Shown here one piece after another: positions 8,255 through 16,136 of a DNA stretch of 64,000 bases; position 1 is the stretch's first letter; every line of letters begins with the position of its first letter. This DNA comes from Holophagales bacterium UBA5066. Lineage in GTDB: Bacteria > Acidobacteriota > Thermoanaerobaculia > UBA5066. Made by a program: the position numbers and the translations under genes. Location: contig DIAY01000284.1 in the NCBI GenBank assembly GCA_002414905.1, positions 354 through 64,353 of the forward strand, in the 5' to 3' direction. Below the pieces are notes generated by a model. That model had not been told where the DNA came from and made no database searches. It saw nothing but the letters and a program-made list of their open reading frames with translations.

Positions 8255-9561
8255 GCCTCATCGTAAGAACGATCGTCAAGAAGCGCGACGGCGGGGAGCT
8301 GTCGGACGGGGAGATTCAGGACTTCGTCACCGGGGTGACGAACCGCACGGTCACCGACGAGCAGGCGGCGGCGCTGCTGATGGCGATCTGCTGCCGGGGG
8401 ATGACGACGGCCGAGACGGCGGCGCTCACCTTCGCCATGATGAACTCCGGCGAGACCTGGGACCTGACCTCTCACGGTTTCGTCGGGGACAAGCATTCAA
8501 CCGGCGGGGTCGGCGACAAGGCGACCCTCGTCCTGGCTCCGCTCGTCGCCGCCTGCGGCGTGAAGACCGGAATGATGTCGGGGCGGGGCCTCGGGCACAC
8601 CGGTGGAACCCTCGACAAGCTGGAGGCGATTCCCGGGTTCGTCACAGGGCAGTCGCGCGAGGCGTTTGACCGGCTCCTCGAGACGGTCGGCTGCGCGCTC
8701 ATCGCAGCAACCGGGACCGTCGCACCCGCCGACCGGCGGCTCTACGCGCTTCGGGACGTGACGGGTACGGTCGAGTCGATTCCCCTCATCACCGCGTCGA
8801 TCCTCTCGAAGAAGCTCGCGACCGGAGCCCACGCCACGGTCTTCGACGTGAAGACCGGCAACGGCGCCTTCATGCAGAAGCCGGAGGACGCCCACGTCCT
8901 CGGGCGCGCCCTCGTCGACACGACCCGGGCGACCGGCCGGAAGGCGAGCGGCTACGTCACCGCGATGGATCGGCCCGTCGGAGTGGCCGTCGGGAACGCC
9001 AACGAGGTCGAGGAGTCGATCCTGCTTCTTCGCGGCGACGGGCCTGCGGATCTGCGGGAGAACGTCCTCCTCCTCGGCTCCGACCTTCTCGTGGCGGCCG
9101 GTGTGGCGGGATCGTCGAAGGAAGCCCGCCGGAGGCTCAACGCCGCCCTCCAGGACGGGACCGCCCTCGAGACGTTCGCCCGCGTCATCGCCGCGCAGGG
9201 CGGCAACCCGGCGGTCTGCGACGACCTCTCGCTCCTCCCTCGGCCCGTCGCCAGGCACGACGTCGCGGCGGCAGCCGCCGGGACAGTCCGGAGCGTGGCG
9301 ACGCGCGAGCTGGGACTCCTCTCCATCGAGATCGGCTGCGGTCGGGCCCGCAAGGACGACGTGGTCGATCCGGCCTCGGGATTCCGGGTGCTGCGGAAGA
9401 CGGGGGACGTCGTTTCCGCCGGAGAGCCGCTCCTTGCCGTCGAGCTCGGACCGCAGACGACGCTTCGGCCCGGCTTCCTCGAGCGTGTGGCGGCCTGCTT
9501 CGACATCGGCGCAGCCGAGGGAGCCCCGGCGCCTCTCCCGTTCGTCGTCGAGACGCTGTAG
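8251..9561 (+). CDS. deoA: Thymidine/pyrimidine-nucleoside phosphorylase
   Basis: The ATG overlaps the preceding stop (ATGA). Sequence is IVKKRDGGELSDGEIQDFV...DEQAAALLMAI...GDKHSTGGVGDKATLVLAPLVAACGVKTGMMSGRGLGHTGGTLDKLEAIPGF. Confidence 0.9.
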   Translation: MSLIVRTIVKKRDGGELSDGEIQDFVTGVTNRTVTDEQAAALLMAICCRGMTTAETAALTFAMMNSGETWDLTSHGFVGDKHSTGGVGDKATLVLAPLVAACGVKTGMMSGRGLGHTGGTLDKLEAIPGFVTGQSREAFDRLLETVGCALIAATGTVAPADRRLYALRDVTGTVESIPLITASILSKKLATGAHATVFDVKTGNGAFMQKPEDAHVLGRALVDTTRATGRKASGYVTAMDRPVGVAVGNANEVEESILLLRGDGPADLRENVLLLGSDLLVAAGVAGSSKEARRRLNAALQDGTALETFARVIAAQGGNPAVCDDLSLLPRPVARHDVAAAAAGTVRSVATRELGLLSIEIGCGRARKDDVVDPASGFRVLRKTGDVVSAGEPLLAVELGPQTTLRPGFLERVAACFDIGAAEGAPAPLPFVVETL

Positions 9562-9574
9562 GGGGCGGTTGACC

Positions 9575-9600
9575 CGCCGGCGGCCGTTCGGCCGCCGGCG
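9575..9600. terminator. Perfect 12-bp GC hairpin between convergent deoA and the cNMP-binding gene (bidirectional terminator candidate)
   Basis: CGCCGGCGGCCG-TT-CGGCCGCCGGCG. No U-tract on either side. Confidence 0.5.
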
Positions 9601-9607
9601 AAGCGAC

Positions 9608-10633
9608 TCAGAAGGGGGAGGTCCCCCGCGAGGGGCCTGAAGGGCCGTGGCCCGTCCGGATCTGAACCTCATCGACACTCCCGAAGCGCGCCTCGCAGAA
9701 GTGCTTCAGGATCGTCAGGACGTTCGGCTGGCGCTCGGTAATGGCGTCGAGCGAGGACCGGTCGAGGGCGAGGAGCTCGCACGACGTCGCCGCCGTGATC
9801 GTGGCGCTGCGAGGCTTTCCGGTGAGAATCGAGACCTCGCCGAAGAAGGCCCCCTCGTACATCTCGCGGACCTTGTGATAGTGACCGTCAGGGTCCTTCA
9901 CGAAGGCCTTGACCGTGCCGGTCGTCAGAACGAAGAGGCTGTCGCCGGGAGCACCCTCGGCCACGATGACGTCGCCCGCTTCGTAGGTCAGGAGCTCGAG
10001 CCCCTTGATGACCTCGACGAGCTCCTCGCTCGAGAAGTCGCTGAAGAGAGGGCTCGCCACCATCCCCTGGGCCGCCTCTTCGCCGATGGGATGCAGACTC
10101 CGCGGGGCCGTCTCGGAGACGGTTTCCGCGGGAGCATCCTCCTCGGCGTCGAAATCGACGACGAATCGGGACGTGCCGGAATCGTGAAGGTTGCGGGAGG
10201 GCACCGGACCGGGTGGAGGCTCCAGTACGGAGACCGGCGTGGGAGCGGTCTCGAGCTCGGCCCGGCGACGCATCGCGCCGGCGCGGAGGTTCTGCCGCAG
10301 GGACGACTCGGCGTCCTTCACCTTGACGAGCGATGCGAGCTTCTCCTCGACCTTTGTGAGGGAGGGATCGAGGCGTTGAACCTTCTTCAGGACCGCGATC
10401 GACTTGCCGACGAAGCCCGAGGTGGCGTACTCGTCGGCGAGCTTCCAGAGGAGCTCGACCGCTTCATACACCTTTCCGTCCAGAGCCAGGACGTCGGCGA
10501 GCTGCTGTCTGACGGATGTGTTTGCCGGGTCCTTCGCGAGCTGGCCGCGAAGAACCTTTGCCGCACGGGTGAAATTCCGTTTCGAGATGAGCTCGGCGAC
10601 GTCATCGCCGCCGGAAAGCCACGAGAAGGCCAT
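9608..10633 (-). CDS. Cyclic-nucleotide-binding domain protein with an N-terminal TPR-like helical region
   Basis: The C-terminal CAP_ED is YEAGDVIVAEGAPGDSLFVLTTGTVKAF...FFGEVSILTGKPRSATITAATSCELLAL. The N-terminal part is TPR-like. The start is taken at ATG 10633 (MAFSWL); an upstream ATG at 10681 is possible. Confidence 0.75.
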   Translation of the reverse strand: MAFSWLSGGDDVAELISKRNFTRAAKVLRGQLAKDPANTSVRQQLADVLALDGKVYEAVELLWKLADEYATSGFVGKSIAVLKKVQRLDPSLTKVEEKLASLVKVKDAESSLRQNLRAGAMRRRAELETAPTPVSVLEPPPGPVPSRNLHDSGTSRFVVDFDAEEDAPAETVSETAPRSLHPIGEEAAQGMVASPLFSDFSSEELVEVIKGLELLTYEAGDVIVAEGAPGDSLFVLTTGTVKAFVKDPDGHYHKVREMYEGAFFGEVSILTGKPRSATITAATSCELLALDRSSLDAITERQPNVLTILKHFCEARFGSVDEVQIRTGHGPSGPSRGTSPF

Positions 10634-10737
10634 GCGATTCTGCTCCACTTCGACGTTAGGGCAGGCAATGCATGCTGTCAAGAATGGGGCGGGCTACACT
10701 CTCGCAGGTCGCCCGAAGGGGGAATGCCGAGACACCG

Positions 10738-11106
10738 ATGCCGAAGATCCTGGTCGTCGACGACGACGAAATGAACCGCGACATGCTGTCCCGCCGCCTC
10801 CTTCGGAAGGGGTTCGAGGTGGTTCTTGCGGTCAACGGAGCCGAGGCCATCGACAAGGCTCTCTCCGACCGCCCCGAGCTGATCCTCATGGACCTCTCGA
10901 TGCCGGTCCTCGACGGCTACGAGGCGACGCGCCGGCTGAAGGCGGAGGCGATGACTTCCAGTATCCCGATCATCGGCCTCTCGGCGCACGCGATGGTGGG
11001 CGATCGGGAGAAGGCGCTTGCGGCGGGGTGCGACGACTACGACACCAAACCCGTCGAGCTGCCGCGTCTCCTCGGAAAGGTCGACGCGTTCCTCTCTCCC
11101 GGGTGA
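10738..11106 (+). CDS. Single-domain response regulator (REC only)
   Basis: MPKILVVDDDEMNRDMLSRRLLRKGFEVVLAVNG...LILMDLSMPVLDGYEATRRLK...IPIIGLSAHAM...DYDTKPVE. Confidence 0.85.
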   Translation: MPKILVVDDDEMNRDMLSRRLLRKGFEVVLAVNGAEAIDKALSDRPELILMDLSMPVLDGYEATRRLKAEAMTSSIPIIGLSAHAMVGDREKALAAGCDDYDTKPVELPRLLGKVDAFLSPG

Positions 11107-11145
11107 CCTGGCGTCACGCCGTGGAGGAGGTCCAGGATCCCGCCT

Positions 11146-13191
11146 ATGACTGCTGAGCGTCCCGTGAAGAGGAACCTTCCCGCCGCCGCCCGCGGTCCGT
11201 CCTTCCTCCCGACGACCGTCGAGGAGATCCGGGCCCGCGGCTGGGACGCCGTGGACGTCGTCTTCGTGACGGGCGACGCCTACGTCGACCACCCGAGCTT
11301 CGCCATGGCCGTCCTCGGCCGCGTTCTCGAGTCCCGCGGCTTCCGCGTGGCGATGCTGTCCCAGCCGGACTGGCGCTCGGCCGGAGCGTGGCACGCTCTC
11401 GGACGCCCGCGGCTCTTCTACGCCGTGTCGGCCGGAAACATGGACTCGATGATCAACCACTACACCGCGAACAGGAAGCGGCGCAACGACGACGCCTACT
11501 CTCCCGGCGGACGGATCGGCCTCCGCCCGGACCGGCCGACCCCGGTCTACGCACAGCGCTGCCGCGAGGCGTTCCCCGGGGTGCCCGTCGTCATCGGAGG
11601 TATCGAGGCGTCACTGCGGCGTCTCGCGCATTTCGACTACTGGTCCGGGACGGTGCGGCCTTCGATGCTCGTCCCGTCGAAGGCCGACCTCCTCGCATTC
11701 GGGAAGGGCGAGGAGACGATCGTCGCGATCGCCGAACGCCTGCGCGCCGGCGAGAGCGTGCGGGACCTGCGCGACCTGCGCGGGGTCGCGTACCTCCTCG
11801 GGATGAAGGAGGGGCTGCCCGAGCCGCCCCCGTCTTCATGCTGGAAGACGCTCGAGCTCCCGGGCTTCGACGAGGTGTCCACCGACAAGCTCGCGTTCGC
11901 GAAGATGACCCGCAGCTTCCACCAGGAGACGAACCCCTTCAACGCTCGCCGTCTCGTCCAGGCGCAGGGCGACCGCAAGGCGGTCTTCAACCCGCCCTGC
12001 CTGCCGCTGGACGAGGCGCGGATGGACGCCATCTACGACCTGCCGTATACCCGCCGCCCTCATCCGGGATACGGCGAGCCGATCCCGGCGTTCGAGATGA
12101 TCCGCGACTCGATCGAGATCATGCGGGGCTGCTTCGGAGGGTGCACCTTCTGCAGCATCACGATGCACGAGGGGCGCGTCGTCCAGAGCCGCAGCAAGCG
12201 GTCGATCCTCGCGGAGGTCGAGACGGTCGCCAGCGCTCCGGACTTCAAGGGGACGATCAGCGACCTCGGCGGCCCCACGGCGAACATGTACCGGATGCGG
12301 TGCACCAGCCCGGCGGTCGAAGCGGTCTGTCGCCGGCTGTCGTGCATCCACCCGAAGATCTGCGTCCTGCTCGGTACGGACCACGGTCCGACGATCGACC
12401 TGATGCGCTCGGCCCGCGCCGTCGAGGGGGTGAAGCGGGTCAATATCGCGAGCGGCATCCGGATGGACCTCGCGAACCTCGACGACGCGTACGTCGAGGA
12501 GCTCGCTGCGCACCACGTCGGCGGACACCTGAAGGTTGCGCCCGAGCACCGCAGCGACGGGGTCCTCGACCTCATGAGGAAGCCTTCGTCCGCGTCGTTT
12601 ACGACCTTTGCTGAGAAGTTCGAGCTCGCGAGCGCGAAGGCGGGCAAGGAGCAGTACCTCGTCCCCTACTTCATCGCGAGCCACCCGGGCTCCGGCGTGG
12701 CCGAGATGATCGAGCTCGCCGTCTTCCTGAAGGCTCACGGTTACAAGCCGCGACAGGTGCAGGACTTCATTCCTGCACCGATGGACGTCGCGACCTGCAT
12801 GTACTGGACGGGCCTCGACCCGCAGACGCTGGAGCCGGTAAATACCATCTCGAGGCTGAACGACCGCAAGCTTCAGAGGGCTTTGATGCAGTTTTTCAAG
12901 CCCGAGAACTGGTTCGCCGTCCACAGCGCGCTGACGGAGGCGGGGAGGAGCGACCTCATCGGCGGCGGGCCACAGTGCCTCATTCCGCAGAACCCGCCTC
13001 GGGAGGCGGTCGAAGCGCGACGCAGGGAGGCCCGCGAGAGCACCTACGTCCACGCGGAGGATGCGGGGACGTCGAGGTCGGTGGCGCCGGCGAACGTGGC
13101 CTCCGAAGTGCCGGGTGCCGCCAGGAAACCGCGAGGTGGCGCGGGCTATCGGCCGGGCCGGGCGAGTCACGGGCGTCGACACCCGGGCTGA
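11146..13191 (+). CDS. ygiQ: YgiQ-family (UPF0313) radical SAM protein
   Basis: [43 protein letters not shown]...[20 protein letters not shown] (CxxxCxxC-type cluster), with a long conserved C-terminus. Confidence 0.85.
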   Translation: MTAERPVKRNLPAAARGPSFLPTTVEEIRARGWDAVDVVFVTGDAYVDHPSFAMAVLGRVLESRGFRVAMLSQPDWRSAGAWHALGRPRLFYAVSAGNMDSMINHYTANRKRRNDDAYSPGGRIGLRPDRPTPVYAQRCREAFPGVPVVIGGIEASLRRLAHFDYWSGTVRPSMLVPSKADLLAFGKGEETIVAIAERLRAGESVRDLRDLRGVAYLLGMKEGLPEPPPSSCWKTLELPGFDEVSTDKLAFAKMTRSFHQETNPFNARRLVQAQGDRKAVFNPPCLPLDEARMDAIYDLPYTRRPHPGYGEPIPAFEMIRDSIEIMRGCFGGCTFCSITMHEGRVVQSRSKRSILAEVETVASAPDFKGTISDLGGPTANMYRMRCTSPAVEAVCRRLSCIHPKICVLLGTDHGPTIDLMRSARAVEGVKRVNIASGIRMDLANLDDAYVEELAAHHVGGHLKVAPEHRSDGVLDLMRKPSSASFTTFAEKFELASAKAGKEQYLVPYFIASHPGSGVAEMIELAVFLKAHGYKPRQVQDFIPAPMDVATCMYWTGLDPQTLEPVNTISRLNDRKLQRALMQFFKPENWFAVHSALTEAGRSDLIGGGPQCLIPQNPPREAVEARRREARESTYVHAEDAGTSRSVAPANVASEVPGAARKPRGGAGYRPGRASHGRRHPG

Positions 13192-13213
13192 GCCGTCCGG
13201 CGGCGGAGGAGCC

Positions 13214-15145
13214 TCAGCGGCTCCCGGCGAGGACCGTTTCCAGGAAGGATCGGATCTCCGGGGGGAGCGACGTGAACCTGAGCCCGAAGCCCTTCGTGGT
13301 GAGCTTCGGGGTCGACACCTTGCCGTAGACCTCCCCGGGAATCGTGCTGCCGTCGCGGGCGACGAAACGAAGGCGCAGGTTTCGGAAGGCTTCCGGCCGT
13401 TCCCGCGCCTCGATCTCGGCTTCCTTCATCGAGAGCCGCACGAGGAGCCCCTCGGCCTCGGGTCCGTCCACGCGCTGCCCGGAAATCGTCGCGAACCGGA
13501 CGGGAAGCGGCCCGCGAAGAGCGACGAGCGCCTCTTCGCGTGCGGGGAGGAAGAGGTTGAAATCTCCGGCGACGCCGCGGACGTCCCACGCGGAGACCGG
13601 CTTCTCGAATCCCTTCATCTGCACGACGACCTCGGTCCCGACGGAGAGGTCGGCGCCTCCCTCGCGGCGGGTGCGGTCGCTGACGAGGATCTGTCCGCCG
13701 ACCGTGTACGACTCGATCCGCGCCGTCAGGTTCACCGGACTCCCGACGACACCGTATTTGGCCCTCTTGTCGGAGCCGATGTTGCCGACGACGACCTCGC
13801 CCGTGTGAAGAGCGATTCCCATCTCGACGACGGGGAGCCCTTCCCGCCGGTTGAACTCGTTCACGCGCTCCATCGCCCGCTGCATCTCGACGGCGCAGGC
13901 GATCGCGCGGAGCGTGTCGTCCTCGCGACCCACGGGCGCTCCGAAGATGGCGAGGATCGCGTCGCCGATGAACTCGTCGATCGTCCCCTGGAAGGAGAGG
14001 AGGACGTCGACCATCGTCCCGAGGTAGTTGTTGAGGAGCCTCACCACGCGGTCGGGAGGGATCCGGTCGGCCAGCTGGGTGAAGCCCCTCAGGTCGGACA
14101 TGAGGAGCGTCACCTTGCGCGTCTCGCCTCCGAGCTTGAGCCCCTCCGGCGTCTGGAGAAGGCTCTCGACGACCTCGTTCGAGACGTAGCGGCCGAACGT
14201 CTCGAAGATGAAGCGATTGCGGACCTCCAGGTCCCTGGCGAGCGTGCTGATCCTGGCCTTGGCTCGCGAAAGCGTGAGCTGGGTCGCGACCCGGGCCAGG
14301 ACGACGGGGAAGTCGAGCGGTTTCGTGACGTAGTCGTTCGCGCCGAGACGCAACGCCGTCACGACGTCGCTCGAATCGTCCCGCGCGGTCGCCATGATGA
14401 CGGGGAGGTCGGCCGCAGCGTGCCGTGGCCTGAGGTCCCGCAGGACGTCGAGACCGCTCATCCCGGGCATGACGACGTCGAGGAGGACGAGGTCGAACGG
14501 AGTCTCCTCGAGAAGGCGGAGGGCTTCGGGTCCGCTTTCGGCCACGGCGATCGTGAAGCCGTGGCTCCTGAGACGGCGTGCGAGCATGTCGCGGTTCTCG
14601 GCATTGTCGTCCACGACGAGGAGGTGCGCCGGCTCGACGGGCTCGGACGGGGCCAGGTCGAAGTCGCCGCGCCGGATCGGGCCCGTCCGCTCCGCCGGGT
14701 TCTCGTCGGGAATCGCAGGCCCCACGGCGGGGGCCGGCGGGGGCGGCGGACCGGGGTGCGCCGCTGGCGGCTCATCGCCGGTCCCGGTCGTGGGGACGGA
14801 ATCGTCCTGCGAGGCTTCCGCCGAGTGGCTGCCGGCATCCGGCAGCAGCCTGTCGGGAAGTCCGTCGACCATCCCGAGCAGCCGCCGCGCCGCCGCCTGG
14901 ATCTTTCCGAGGTCTTCGGCCCAGCCGGTCTGGCCGGAGGCGATGGCGTCCTCCTCCAGCATTTCGGCGTAGCCGAGAATCTGGTGGATCGGCGTCCGCA
15001 TGTCGTGCCTCAGACCCGAGAGAAGCTCGCCCGGAACGAAACGGTTGCCCTCACCGAGGTTCGTCGGTGGCTCCTGGGCCGCGAACGCCCTCTCCAACAG
15101 GCTCTCGTCGGTCATCGGGTCGAGTGTATCGCCCGTACCCGGCAC
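13214..15145 (-). CDS. Multidomain signalling protein: HisKA/DHp stub (no ATPase domain), REC, class III nucleotidyl cyclase, PilZ-like C-terminal domain
   Basis: H-box is LSGLRHDMRTPIHQILGYAEML. A Pro-rich linker follows. REC is LLVVDDNAENRDML...LVLLDVVMPGMSG...DYVTKP. Cyclase is VTLLMSDLRGFT...GTIDEFIGDAILAIFGAP...GIALHTGEVVVGNIGS...KYGVVGSPVNLTARIE. The C-terminus ...GKVSTPKLTTKGFGLRFTSLPPEIRSFLETVL resembles PilZ-type domains. The start could be 15145 or 15115. Confidence 0.8.
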   Translation of the reverse strand: MPGTGDTLDPMTDESLLERAFAAQEPPTNLGEGNRFVPGELLSGLRHDMRTPIHQILGYAEMLEEDAIASGQTGWAEDLGKIQAAARRLLGMVDGLPDRLLPDAGSHSAEASQDDSVPTTGTGDEPPAAHPGPPPPPAPAVGPAIPDENPAERTGPIRRGDFDLAPSEPVEPAHLLVVDDNAENRDMLARRLRSHGFTIAVAESGPEALRLLEETPFDLVLLDVVMPGMSGLDVLRDLRPRHAAADLPVIMATARDDSSDVVTALRLGANDYVTKPLDFPVVLARVATQLTLSRAKARISTLARDLEVRNRFIFETFGRYVSNEVVESLLQTPEGLKLGGETRKVTLLMSDLRGFTQLADRIPPDRVVRLLNNYLGTMVDVLLSFQGTIDEFIGDAILAIFGAPVGREDDTLRAIACAVEMQRAMERVNEFNRREGLPVVEMGIALHTGEVVVGNIGSDKRAKYGVVGSPVNLTARIESYTVGGQILVSDRTRREGGADLSVGTEVVVQMKGFEKPVSAWDVRGVAGDFNLFLPAREEALVALRGPLPVRFATISGQRVDGPEAEGLLVRLSMKEAEIEARERPEAFRNLRLRFVARDGSTIPGEVYGKVSTPKLTTKGFGLRFTSLPPEIRSFLETVLAGSR

Positions 15146-15197
15146 GATCCCAGAGCGATATACTGGCCCGAGAGAGATTCATGGGGAAGACAGGGCC

Positions 15198-16094
15198 GTG
15201 AACGAGCTTTACAGTGAGCTTTTGCCGCTCGGACGAGAGGGAGTGGTGGAGGCAGGCGAGGAACTCTGGCAGGAGGGTGCCAAGGGTGACTGTGTCGTCC
15301 TGCTCATGGAGGGGACGTTCGATATCCTTCAGTCCTCCCCCTCGGGCGAGCCCGTCGTACTCCGGGTCGCCAGAGCGGGCGAAGTCCTCGGAGAGCTGGC
15401 CTGCATCGACGGGGGTGCCCGGTCGGCGGGTCTGCGCGCGGCCACCAAGTGCCGGATCCGGACGATCGCTGCCATCGAGTTTCTGGCCTTCATCCGCCAC
15501 CGTTCGGACCTTCTGCAAGCGCTCTTCCTGATCGAGTCCCAGAGGATCCGGAGCCTCTCCCGGATGGTGACGCAGAACCAGCACCGCGCCATTACCGACC
15601 GGCTCACGTCTCTTTACAATTACGGCTTCTTCATCGAGCGGCTGGACCTCGAGCTCGAGCGCGCCGTCCAGATGAAGGACGCCGTGAGCATCGTCCTGTT
15701 CGATATCGACAATTTCAAGGCGTACAACGACACCCATGGCCATCCGGCCGGGAACGTCGTTCTCGTCCAGGTCTCGGACCTCCTTCGGCGAACGGCCCGG
15801 CGTGGTGACATCACGGCCCGTTTCGGGGGGGAGGAGTTCGTGATCCTCCTCTACGGTGCCTCGCGCAAGGAAGCGCAGCAGGTGGCCGAGACGGCGCGCG
15901 CGCGCGTGGAATCGACGGACTTTGCCGGCGGAGAGACCCAGCCGCTCGGGCGTCTCACGATCAGCGGCGGCGTGGCCTGCTTCCCGGGAGACGCCCGGAG
16001 CGCGACCGATCTCCTGAAAGTTGCCGACGTGAGGCTCTACAAGGCCAAGGGAAACGGACGCAACCGGATCGACGCGGGGGGCGCCGCTTCATAG
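15198..16094 (+). CDS. cNMP-binding domain - GGDEF diguanylate cyclase
   Basis: GTG 15198 is in frame with track ORF 15000..16094. CAP_ED is GEELWQEGAKGDCVVLLMEG...LGELACIDGGARSAGLRAATKCRI. GGDEF is DRLTSLYNYGFF...VLFDIDNFKAYNDTHGHPAGN...RRGDITARFGGEEFVILL, with an intact GGEEF A-site and an RxxD I-site 5 residues upstream. Confidence 0.85.
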   Translation: MNELYSELLPLGREGVVEAGEELWQEGAKGDCVVLLMEGTFDILQSSPSGEPVVLRVARAGEVLGELACIDGGARSAGLRAATKCRIRTIAAIEFLAFIRHRSDLLQALFLIESQRIRSLSRMVTQNQHRAITDRLTSLYNYGFFIERLDLELERAVQMKDAVSIVLFDIDNFKAYNDTHGHPAGNVVLVQVSDLLRRTARRGDITARFGGEEFVILLYGASRKEAQQVAETARARVESTDFAGGETQPLGRLTISGGVACFPGDARSATDLLKVADVRLYKAKGNGRNRIDAGGAAS

Positions 16095-16136
16095 AGGCCG
16101 AACCGGCCCGCGAGACGCTGAGGGTATCCTCCGCGA

